DNA from: Bacteriovoracaceae bacterium
Lineage (GTDB): Bacteria; Bdellovibrionota; Bacteriovoracia; Bacteriovoracales; Bacteriovoracaceae
DNA length: 32,791 bases
Direction: 5' to 3'
NCBI GenBank assembly: GCA_018649885.1
Contig: JABIHA010000082.1
Span: 1 to 32,791 of the forward strand
The translations under genes were made by a program, and so were the position numbers. Of this stretch, positions 25,247 to 32,791 are shown in pieces. The first letter of the stretch is position 1. Each line of letters opens with the position of its first letter. Under the pieces are notes generated by a model. That model ran no database searches, was not told the DNA's origin, and saw nothing but the letters and a program-made list of their open reading frames with translations.

Positions 25247-25996
25247 TTAGAAATTCCAACTCAACTTAGTTGATAAACGTCTAATTCTAATGTGGACATC
25301 TCTAACAAGGTCAATATCTATATTGGTATGGGAATATTCCACTTTGAAAGCAAAATCACTTTGAAATAAATTATAGGGGAAGGCCACAACTGTATTTTTA
25401 GGGACCCTAAATTGAAGACCTGCCTCCAACTCTTTTCTCTCACCTTGGAATGTGTAGGCCGTGTACTGGATATGCATTAAAAATTCGAGACCTCCTCCTT
25501 CGCCTAAGGAGAATTCAAGTCTTGGGTACCAACTGGTTGAGTAAAGATCATTTAGTCCAAAGGTAGAATTGTTGGTATGCATCTTCATTTGATATTGTTC
25601 GACAACTAAAGAAAGATCCATTGGTCTTGAATAGGGGACTCTTAGCGCCAGTTGTGCTGCCATTTCGATAACTCTTGTTGTATTGCCACCTTTTTTAGAG
25701 ATTGGATTGTAATATCTCCCATAGGCATGAAAGTCCATCCAGTTGGGAAGAAACATGAATCCAATTGTTGCTTTTGTATCGATGCCAGCGAGGTCAGCTT
25801 CCTCATCGAGAAAAACTTGATTGTCCCTCGACTCTTCATACCTGTAGGTTCCATAGCCTGTTTCGAATTCGAGTCTTGCATCTGTCCTTTTGGATTCTGC
25901 ATAGAGGGGTCTCGAAAAGACAAAAGAAAGCACACACACGCTGAGGGCGAGACTGGCCAGAAACTTTGATGATGGGATGCTAATAGAAACACTCAA
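25247..25996 (-). CDS. Putative outer-membrane beta-barrel protein
   Basis: Signal peptide (PLYA), alternating beta-strand pattern and C-terminal KLSWNF beta-signal. Start uncertain. Confidence 0.65.
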   Translation of the reverse strand: MSVSISIPSSKFLASLALSVCVLSFVFSRPLYAESKRTDARLEFETGYGTYRYEESRDNQVFLDEEADLAGIDTKATIGFMFLPNWMDFHAYGRYYNPISKKGGNTTRVIEMAAQLALRVPYSRPMDLSLVVEQYQMKMHTNNSTFGLNDLYSTSWYPRLEFSLGEGGGLEFLMHIQYTAYTFQGERKELEAGLQFRVPKNTVVAFPYNLFQSDFAFKVEYSHTNIDIDLVRDVHIRIRRLSTKLSWNF

Positions 25997-26105
25997 GTAT
26001 TTCGCTCCTTATATCTTTTTTAATTCTATCGAAAATGCCCCTTTGCAGCAATCCAGGGTAAGGTTTTCACTTCTCAGATTGAGGTGATCTCCTTAGAATT
26101 ATGGT

Positions 26106-26630
26106 GTGAATAAATATCTGATAGTTTTACTTTATACTCTCTTGTGTAACCAGCTGGTTTTGGCCCAGCAAGGTTTGGCCCAGCCAGGTTTGGCCAAGGA
26201 GCAACTGAGCTCTTATGTCGCCGACTCTGGTCAATTTGATGAAATTACCCAAAAAGTAAAGCTGTTGCCCAGTCTTTCAGCGGATGAGTTTCCGAGGAAA
26301 GTTCAAGGCTTGCGAGTAGAGATTGAAAAGTTTATTTCTCGCCAAGACCTAATTTGCAATGGCCAATTTTATACCTTCGAAATGGAAGAAGGTGATGGGA
26401 AGAAGAGAAAGAAAAAGAGATTGAGCTATAAAGAGAGGGTTTTATGTTTTAAATCCCTCAAGGATTTTCAAAAAGTTTTTATTGAAAATATGCATTTGGC
26501 ACAGAAAAAATACTTGAGTTATTTACATACAAAGCGGCTGGGGGAGCTCGACGACTACCGCGAAAAACTATTAGCAGAGTTGGATTCTTACGGAAAAACT
26601 CGTTCTAGAAAAAGAAAATCAAAAAAATGA
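26106..26630 (+). CDS. Hypothetical secreted helical protein
   Basis: GTG start, signal-like N-terminus with short LAQ repeats, two Cys and Lys/Arg-rich segments. Confidence 0.65.
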   Translation: MNKYLIVLLYTLLCNQLVLAQQGLAQPGLAKEQLSSYVADSGQFDEITQKVKLLPSLSADEFPRKVQGLRVEIEKFISRQDLICNGQFYTFEMEEGDGKKRKKKRLSYKERVLCFKSLKDFQKVFIENMHLAQKKYLSYLHTKRLGELDDYREKLLAELDSYGKTRSRKRKSKK

Positions 26631-26637
26631 ACTGTCT

Positions 26638-26859
26638 CTAAGAGTCGAGTTCAAAACTATCGTTTTCAAAATCAATTTCTGGCTTCTTTGGTTGTACCAA
26701 GCTTGGTTTTGGTCGAATACTTGTGACCCCAGTGTAGCGCTTTCTTTTTACAGAGCGGTTAGGGTGAATTCCACCAATTGATGATAGTTGACCAAGTTTG
26801 TGCGAAGGCCCGAGTTTTAGGGTCAGCGGAGATTTGGAAATTTTTTTTTCTTTAGTCAT
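26638..26859 (-). CDS. Small basic hypothetical protein
   Basis: ATG preceded by a GAGGT RBS. 73 aa, basic with an acidic tail. Confidence 0.6.
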   Translation of the reverse strand: MTKEKKISKSPLTLKLGPSHKLGQLSSIGGIHPNRSVKRKRYTGVTSIRPKPSLVQPKKPEIDFENDSFELDS

Positions 26860-27264
26860 GATAATTACCTCTAAATTTTAAAACACGTTATTTATTAGCT
26901 CGCAGGCCTTGTTTAAATCCTGTGTTCTAAGAGGCAACAGTAGGTGCTAACTTAGCTTCTGGGATCTAGGGCCATATGTGATAAGGCCTATAAAAACTCC
27001 AATTGTTGGGGAAAAATATTATATCTTTCCACTGTTTTAGCGTTATGACTCACTTTACATCGGTTAAAGTAGATAAAAAATAAGTCCAGTACAATTATAG
27101 TGAATTTTAGCATAAAATGGCGCCCTTTGCCATGGTACAGCGTCCACCTGGGCAAATTAGGCCGTGGGTCTCATGAGTCTTGTAAATACTTAAACATTGG
27201 TGCATCCTAGGTGGATAAAACCTTCAAATCTACCATTATGAACGGAAAAACAAGGGTTTGCCCA

Positions 27265-28236
27265 ATGCGTAAAAACGGGTTGTATTTTGCACATATTTTC
27301 TTACTTTTCTCCTTTTTTGGCTGCGGGAGCATTCAAAAAATGGCCGTTGGGACTACTGCCTCCATATTAAGAGAAGGATCTAAGGAAATTGAAACCGAAA
27401 GAGACTGGGATGTTTTCAAACAGGCCCTCCCGGCTAGCATCAAAACCATGGAGGCCCTCTTATATGTTTCTCCAGACAACGAGGACCTGCTTAGCTCACT
27501 AGTAAAGGGCTATACGGCCTTTGCCTACGGAATCAATGAGACGCTTTATTTAAATGATTACTACGCTGAAAATGATAGCACCTACTACAAATCTAAGGCC
27601 GAGTCCCAGTACTCAAGGGCCGTTTCTTATGGCCTACGCTTTCTAAAAAATGAAGGGGTTTCTTATGATGATCTAAGTAACGCTCTTTCAAACGGTGGCG
27701 AGAAGTCCATTGCAAAACTCTTAGGCGACGAGCTTAGTGATGATCAAAAAACATTAGAAATGGTCTTATTTACTGCTCAGGCTTGGGGTGGGTTAATCAA
27801 CTTAAAAAAGAGTATACCACTAATGGCCCAAGCACCCATAATCAAGGGAATGTTTGATTGGGTTTGCTCAGAAGATCCCAAAATTTTATTTGGTATTTGT
27901 GATGTTTTACTTGCTGTTTATGATCTTGGAAGACCTAAGACATTTGGTGGAAACCCACAAAGAGGACGTAAGTCGCTACTTAAATTTATTGATCAAAACC
28001 CAGAAAATTATATGGCCAGGGTCACTCTCATGCAGTTTTGGTCAATCCCATCAAGCGATAAAAAAAGCTTTGATTCACATTCTCGTTTTTTGACTACAGC
28101 TGGTAGAGAATTTGGAAAGAAAAAGCATTGGGAGCCTAGTAATCAACCACCAAAGATGTCTAGGCAAAACCTATTTAATGCCATAGCACTTAAAAGATTT
28201 AAAATTATGAGAAAATACGAAAAAGAATTTTTTTAG
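27265..28236 (+). CDS. TRAP transporter TatT component (TPAT lipoprotein)
   Basis: Lipobox FFGC after MRKNGLY. ERDWDVFKQALPASIKTMEALL..PDN and RPKTFGGNP motifs. Directly upstream of dctPQM. Confidence 0.85.
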   Translation: MRKNGLYFAHIFLLFSFFGCGSIQKMAVGTTASILREGSKEIETERDWDVFKQALPASIKTMEALLYVSPDNEDLLSSLVKGYTAFAYGINETLYLNDYYAENDSTYYKSKAESQYSRAVSYGLRFLKNEGVSYDDLSNALSNGGEKSIAKLLGDELSDDQKTLEMVLFTAQAWGGLINLKKSIPLMAQAPIIKGMFDWVCSEDPKILFGICDVLLAVYDLGRPKTFGGNPQRGRKSLLKFIDQNPENYMARVTLMQFWSIPSSDKKSFDSHSRFLTTAGREFGKKKHWEPSNQPPKMSRQNLFNAIALKRFKIMRKYEKEFF

Positions 28237-28267
28237 AAATTTGAGTTAGAGAGTTTGGAGATATTTA

Positions 28268-29260
28268 ATGAAAAAGTTTGCACTCGTTTTATTTTTTATA
28301 TCACTTAATGTTCTTGTAGGGACTGATAGTGCTATGGCAGTCAGGATAAAATTAGGAATATTAGCTCCAGAGGGAACTTCGTGGGCCAATAATGTTAAGG
28401 CCATGGCGAGTGAGGTAAAAAAAGAAACTGGCGGAAAAGTTAAGTTCAAAGTCTACTACGGTGGAGTTCAAGGGGATGAACCTGACGTTCTAAGAAAAAT
28501 TAGAATTGGTCAAATGCACGGTGGAATGTTTACTGGAAGAACTCTTGGAGAAATTAGCGGAGATGTTAGGGTGATGGAAATTCCATTTAGCTTTCATCAC
28601 AAAAGAGAAAATGCAATTAAAATATTAAATAAAATGACTCCTTATTTTAATACCCAATTTGAAAAAAAGGGTTTTAAAAACTTGGGATTCTTTGAAATTG
28701 GAAATGTCTATATTGTTACCACCAAAGAGGTAAAAAATCTCAAGGCCTTGAAAGGATTAAAAATCTGGAACTGGGAAGGAGATAAGGTTGCACAGAGTAT
28801 GGTCGAGAGCATGAAGCTTGTTTCTGTACCTCTTGCTCTGCCAGATGTACTCTCTTCGCTTTCAACAGGTATTATAGATGCAGCCTATTCCTCTCCTCTT
28901 GGGATTATTGCTCTTCAATGGCAAACAAAAGTTAAGTATGTCATCGACTATCCAGTTACATTTTCAATTGGAGCTTTTCTTATCGATATGAAGCAATGGA
29001 AAAAATTAAAGCCAGCTTACCAAAAGATCATTACAAAAGTATCCAACAAGTATATGGAAAAAGCTTCAGTCGATATTGTGAAAGAAAATAACGAAGCGAT
29101 GGTATCTCTTAAAAAATTGGGAATAAAGTTCATTGAATTTTCTGATGAAGATAAGAAAGACCAAACAACTATAAGAGCAGATGTTGTGAAAAGATTGAGA
29201 GATAAAGTGATATCCAAGAAAACATTTACTAAGTTTAATTCTCATTACAAGAAGTTGTAG
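28268..29260 (+). CDS. dctP: TRAP substrate-binding protein DctP (TatP-type)
   Basis: IKLGILAPEGTSW, TGGKVKFKVYYGGVQGDEPDVLRKIRIGQ, LKGLKIW, DVLSSLSTGIIDA. Confidence 0.93.
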   Translation: MKKFALVLFFISLNVLVGTDSAMAVRIKLGILAPEGTSWANNVKAMASEVKKETGGKVKFKVYYGGVQGDEPDVLRKIRIGQMHGGMFTGRTLGEISGDVRVMEIPFSFHHKRENAIKILNKMTPYFNTQFEKKGFKNLGFFEIGNVYIVTTKEVKNLKALKGLKIWNWEGDKVAQSMVESMKLVSVPLALPDVLSSLSTGIIDAAYSSPLGIIALQWQTKVKYVIDYPVTFSIGAFLIDMKQWKKLKPAYQKIITKVSNKYMEKASVDIVKENNEAMVSLKKLGIKFIEFSDEDKKDQTTIRADVVKRLRDKVISKKTFTKFNSHYKKL

Positions 29261-29262
29261 AA

Positions 29263-29769
29263 ATGTCATTTTTTAAGGCCATAGATAATGCACTTGAGAG
29301 GTTTGCCTATTACACTCTGGTAATTTGCATTACTTTGATGGTTTTATTAACTCTCTTAGGTATTGGATCGCGCCAATTTAGTACGACTTTTCTTTGGCTT
29401 GATCCACTTGTGAGACACCTTGTATTTTTAAGTGCTTTTATGGGGGGGGTCCTTGCAACTGGGAAAAGAGGCCACATTGGCATTGATATTATAGGGAAGT
29501 TCCTTGAGAGCAAGGGCCTTTGCTATTTCAGAGACTCAATCCTAAGAGTTGTCGACTTGGCAGCTTTTATCACCGTTATGTGGTTGTCTTACTGGGCCAT
29601 TCAATTGTCGAAAATAGAATTTCAATATGGAAGAGAAATTTTTCTAGGTGTTCATAGCGGTTATCTTGTTTCCATTATTCCATTTGGTTTAATTTTAATT
29701 GGGTATAGGTTTTTCTTTCTATTCATTAGTTCAATTAAAAAAAATGTTGATAGAGAAGGGGAAAATTAA
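29263..29769 (+). CDS. dctQ: TRAP small permease DctQ
   Basis: Four TM segments, WLDPLVRHLV and HIGID motifs. Confidence 0.9.
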   Translation: MSFFKAIDNALERFAYYTLVICITLMVLLTLLGIGSRQFSTTFLWLDPLVRHLVFLSAFMGGVLATGKRGHIGIDIIGKFLESKGLCYFRDSILRVVDLAAFITVMWLSYWAIQLSKIEFQYGREIFLGVHSGYLVSIIPFGLILIGYRFFFLFISSIKKNVDREGEN

Positions 29770-29772
29770 AAA

Positions 29773-31038
29773 GTGGAAGTAGCTTCGTATTTAGGCATTA
29801 TTGGCCTCGCAATTGTAGGAACTCCTATTTTTGTCATTATGTCTCTTTTTGCACTTGTTGCCTTTTTCTTTGCAGGGATTGATGGCTCAGCAGTGGCCGT
29901 AGAAATTTATAAAATTGCTAGTGCTCCAACGCTACTGACGATCCCATTATTTACCTTCGCCGGATATATGATGGCCGAAAGTAAATCTCCCCAAAGACTA
30001 TTAAGGCTGGCCCAGGCTGCCCTTGGATGGCTCCCTGGTGGTGTGGCCATTGTAAGTCTTGTCATTTGCGCTTTTTTTACAGCATTCACCGGTGCTTCAG
30101 GTGTTACTATCATTGCCTTAGGTGGGCTTTTGTACCCCATTTTAACTAAAGAAGGGTTTGGAGAAAAATTCACTCTTGGTCTTATTACTACTTCTGGCTC
30201 TCTTGGACTTTTATTTCCTCCAAGTCTTCCAATCATTTTATATGGCCTAGTTGCCAAGGTAGATATTGATAAATTATTTTTAGCGGGAATTTTACCGGGA
30301 ATTTTACTGATCTTTGTATTGGGGGCTTGGTCCATTAAAAATGGAAAAAAGGCCGAAAAATGTGTTGATCACAAATTTTGTTTTAGCGAACTTACCCAGG
30401 CAATGAAGGGTGCAAGGTATGAGCTACCACTCCCATTTTTTGTACTGGGAGGAATTTATGGAGGAATTACGACAACCTCCGAAGCGGCATGTCTTACTGC
30501 TGCTTATGTTTTTGTCATTGAATGTTTACTCTACAGAGATTTGAGCATTTTTTCTGATGTACCCAAAATAATTAAAGAGAGTATGACCCTTGTGGGAGCA
30601 ATTTTATTGATTCTATGCTGTGCTCTTGGAATGACTTCTTATTTGATTGATGAAGAAATCCCCATGAAAATTTTGGCCTTCATGAAAGTGTATATTACAA
30701 ATAAATATATCTTCTTAGTATTTTTGAATATTTTCCTTCTGATTGTCGGAAGTTTGATGGATATTTTCAGCGCAATTATAGTGGTGGTGCCATTAATCGT
30801 TCCCATTGCTACTGAGTTTGATGTTAATCCCATCCACTTGGCGATCATTTTCTTAACCAATCTTGAAATCGGATATATAACCCCGCCGGTAGGAATAAAT
30901 TTATTTATTAGTAGTTTTAGATTTGGAAAACCTGTAACTGAGCTCTATAAGGCTTCTTTTCCATTCCTGATACTAATGGTATTTGCTCTTATTATAATTA
31001 CGTATGTACCGGCACTAAGTTTAGTTTGGTTTGACTAG
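29773..31038 (+). CDS. dctM: TRAP large permease DctM
   Basis: LLTIPLF, FTGASG, GSLGLLFPPS, GITTTSEAA and IGYITPPVGINLF. Confidence 0.95.
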   Translation: MEVASYLGIIGLAIVGTPIFVIMSLFALVAFFFAGIDGSAVAVEIYKIASAPTLLTIPLFTFAGYMMAESKSPQRLLRLAQAALGWLPGGVAIVSLVICAFFTAFTGASGVTIIALGGLLYPILTKEGFGEKFTLGLITTSGSLGLLFPPSLPIILYGLVAKVDIDKLFLAGILPGILLIFVLGAWSIKNGKKAEKCVDHKFCFSELTQAMKGARYELPLPFFVLGGIYGGITTTSEAACLTAAYVFVIECLLYRDLSIFSDVPKIIKESMTLVGAILLILCCALGMTSYLIDEEIPMKILAFMKVYITNKYIFLVFLNIFLLIVGSLMDIFSAIIVVVPLIVPIATEFDVNPIHLAIIFLTNLEIGYITPPVGINLFISSFRFGKPVTELYKASFPFLILMVFALIIITYVPALSLVWFD

Positions 31039-32536
31039 GATAAGAATTTTCATATTCACCAACTTGTTAATATTTTTCTCTTTTTCGAGTACTAAAGCGA
31101 CTGAGCCAGTTGGAGAAAAATATGAGTATGATCCATCAAATATTGGTCTTCCTAAAAAGCCCTACTCACAAAGAAAAATGTTTTTTCAGTATTTAAACCC
31201 AGAGTTAGTTGTTATTGAAGATTTTTTGACCACAGAGTTAATCCATAGCTCTCTTTGCCCTGTGGAAACCTATATTAAGTATGGAGACTATTTTCGCTAT
31301 ATGTATAGGTTGATCTCACTCAGCTATCTTTTTGATAACATAATTGATCTCTCAGAGGCAAATCAGAAGCTATCACTTGGTGTTAAGAGCTGTAATATTA
31401 ACTTTAAGGCCCTGAACCAAAGCTGCACACCAAAGAGCTTTGATATGAAGCTTTTTAAGAATAGGTCAATAAAGATTTTTCTTGAAGAAGACGCTAAAAA
31501 CTTCAGACCTATTTCAAAAAATGCAAAAAGACAGTTACTAAAAAAAATAAATTCTAAAAACCATGCTACTAGTATTTCCAAACTGTACTCTTATCAGTTT
31601 GCCAATTATTGCAAATCAAATAGTTGTCCCAAACAGCTAAGTCGAAAATTCTTTGCGGGGTTTTTGGGCCAAACTTGTAAAAACCTTGTTCAAGACTTTA
31701 GATTAATTTGCTCTGAAAGAGATCATATTTTTGGAGTCACCGCTTTTCCTGAACTCACCAATGTACTGCTCAGGTCAAATATTATGAAAGCACTTCAAAT
31801 TGATGGAGTGGAGCCAAGTTGTTTATCACATTTCGGAAATTCTAATTTTCATAGAGAATACCTATCTCGCAGTACACTTGACTCACTAATGGGAGCCTAT
31901 AAAAAACTTAGTTCTCAAAGAACTAGGTATCAAGAGGGGATTTTATTTGTTCCAGGAGCATTAAAAGAATTTGATGATAAAGGACTGAGTGACTTTCTAT
32001 TTAAGAGACGGCCTGCGCCGACTCCTACTCCAGTACCTACTGCTGTGCCGACACCGAGCCCTACTCCTACGCCAGTTCCAACTCCGACTCCGATGAAGGC
32101 ACCGACTCCAAGGCCTACTCCAACACCTGTGCCTGTACCTAAGAGTCAGTTTGAAATTGCACAGTTAAAATTTGAAAGCTTGGGTGGCGTGAAAGATGTG
32201 GCCGTTAATATGCAAAAATTCAAAGAAGATTACAAATTTAAAAAAGATGTGATCTCCAGGCTTTCTAAGTCTCTTTCTCTATATCAAACGAGAAAGGCCT
32301 TAGAGCATATGAGAAAATCAGAAAAACTAGGCAGCAAGATTAGACCTTTAAGTTTATTATTTCTAAAATTTCTTATTGATACCGATAATCATCAAGGGAT
32401 GTACAATATAAAAGCTGTAATTGGTGATGAGTTCTATTTAATGAATGATATTGATCGAGATAAAACTCCTGTCAAAGTCAGGGTTGATATTGGTCCTGAA
32501 ACTGGGAATGTTTGGACTATCACTATAGTAAAATAA
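31031..32536 (+). CDS. Hypothetical secreted Cys-containing protein with Pro/Thr linker
   Basis: TTG start overlapping the dctM end. Signal peptide, several Cys in the N-terminal domain, a PT-repeat linker and a C-terminal domain. Confidence 0.75.
   Translation: MTRIRIFIFTNLLIFFSFSSTKATEPVGEKYEYDPSNIGLPKKPYSQRKMFFQYLNPELVVIEDFLTTELIHSSLCPVETYIKYGDYFRYMYRLISLSYLFDNIIDLSEANQKLSLGVKSCNINFKALNQSCTPKSFDMKLFKNRSIKIFLEEDAKNFRPISKNAKRQLLKKINSKNHATSISKLYSYQFANYCKSNSCPKQLSRKFFAGFLGQTCKNLVQDFRLICSERDHIFGVTAFPELTNVLLRSNIMKALQIDGVEPSCLSHFGNSNFHREYLSRSTLDSLMGAYKKLSSQRTRYQEGILFVPGALKEFDDKGLSDFLFKRRPAPTPTPVPTAVPTPSPTPTPVPTPTPMKAPTPRPTPTPVPVPKSQFEIAQLKFESLGGVKDVAVNMQKFKEDYKFKKDVISRLSKSLSLYQTRKALEHMRKSEKLGSKIRPLSLLFLKFLIDTDNHQGMYNIKAVIGDEFYLMNDIDRDKTPVKVRVDIGPETGNVWTITIVK
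32012..32140 (+). repeat. Pro/Thr-rich (PT)n linker
   Basis: Encodes [43 protein letters not shown]. Confidence 0.85.
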
Positions 32537-32627
32537 TCTTTAGCTCGCTCAAGCGACCTTAACTTTGCCTTTCCCCTTACCGTTACCATTATACCTCGCC
32601 GTCGCCGTCGCCAACCAAACCGGTCCA

Positions 32628-32698
32628 TTCTCGACACATACTTTACATTTTTCTCGACACATACTTTACATTTTATTCTCGATACATGGTTTACACTT
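32628..32698 (+). repeat. Three ~23-bp direct repeats (putative transposase-binding sites)
   Basis: TTCTCGACACATACTTTACATTT x2 exact, plus TTCTCGATACATGGTTTACACTT. Confidence 0.9.
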
Positions 32699-32727
32699 TT
32701 TAAGGTACTGCAAACAAAGGGGGTTGC

Positions 32728-32791
32728 ATGCCTTGGAAGGAATCTTCGGTTATGAATGAAAGAATGAAATTCGTTATGAGAGCATTAGATG
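32728..32791 (+). CDS. IS481-family transposase, N-terminal fragment (absent from the ORF track)
   Basis: AAAGGGGG RBS, then MPWKESSVMNERMKFVMRALD, matching the MPWKExSVMxERxxFV start typical of IS481-family transposases. Confidence 0.85.
   Translation, partial: MPWKESSVMNERMKFVMRALD

Larger units (their letters stand above)
32622..32791 (+). mobile_element. IS481-family insertion sequence, left end (truncated by the window)
   Basis: Three subterminal repeats TTCTCGA(C/T)ACAT(AC/GG)TTTACA at 32628, 32651 and 32676, followed by an RBS and a transposase-like N-terminus. Confidence 0.8.

Noticed and set aside
15863..30860. Numerous short antisense or alternate-frame ORFs inside lpdA, rarA, maf, the TRAP genes and others
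   Set aside because: They overlap well-supported genes and show no recognisable motifs.
32434..32759. ORFs 32434-32637 (-) and 32565-32759 (+)
   Set aside because: They are low-complexity translations of the C-rich tract and IS end repeats. The credible ORF starts at 32728.

Overview
AT-rich bacterial chromosomal window. Gene style suggests Bdellovibrionota (Bacteriovorax/Halobacteriovorax-like); this is inference, not a database result. Left part (1-12 kb), which looks accessory: a 5'-truncated RCC1-repeat protein, a secreted subtilisin, and a nitric-oxide module. The module has qNor, an unannotated 49-aa CCGSCS-motif microprotein and NnrS on the minus strand, divergent from NsrR, a class II cytochrome c and a methyltransferase, with an NsrR-type inverted repeat between them. 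An APH-like kinase and a pseudo-receiver/TPR pair follow. At 12.3-12.4 kb a minus-strand tRNA-Gly(GCC) is followed by an 82-bp tandem repeat that re-creates the tRNA 3' end twice, then hairpins and a strand-skewed trailer. Right part, mostly core genes: HExxH lipoprotein, DEDDh exonuclease-WYL / small membrane protein / KamA operon, lpdA-E2, EEP hydrolase, rarA, rpsU, FecR-like protein-maf-DUF167, several hypotheticals, and a TatT-DctP-DctQ-DctM (TPAT) transporter with a coupled Pro/Thr-linker protein. The window ends in the left end and first codons of an IS481-family element. The most interesting items are the CCGSCS microprotein in the NO operon, the tRNA-linked repeat array and the exonuclease-WYL fusion.
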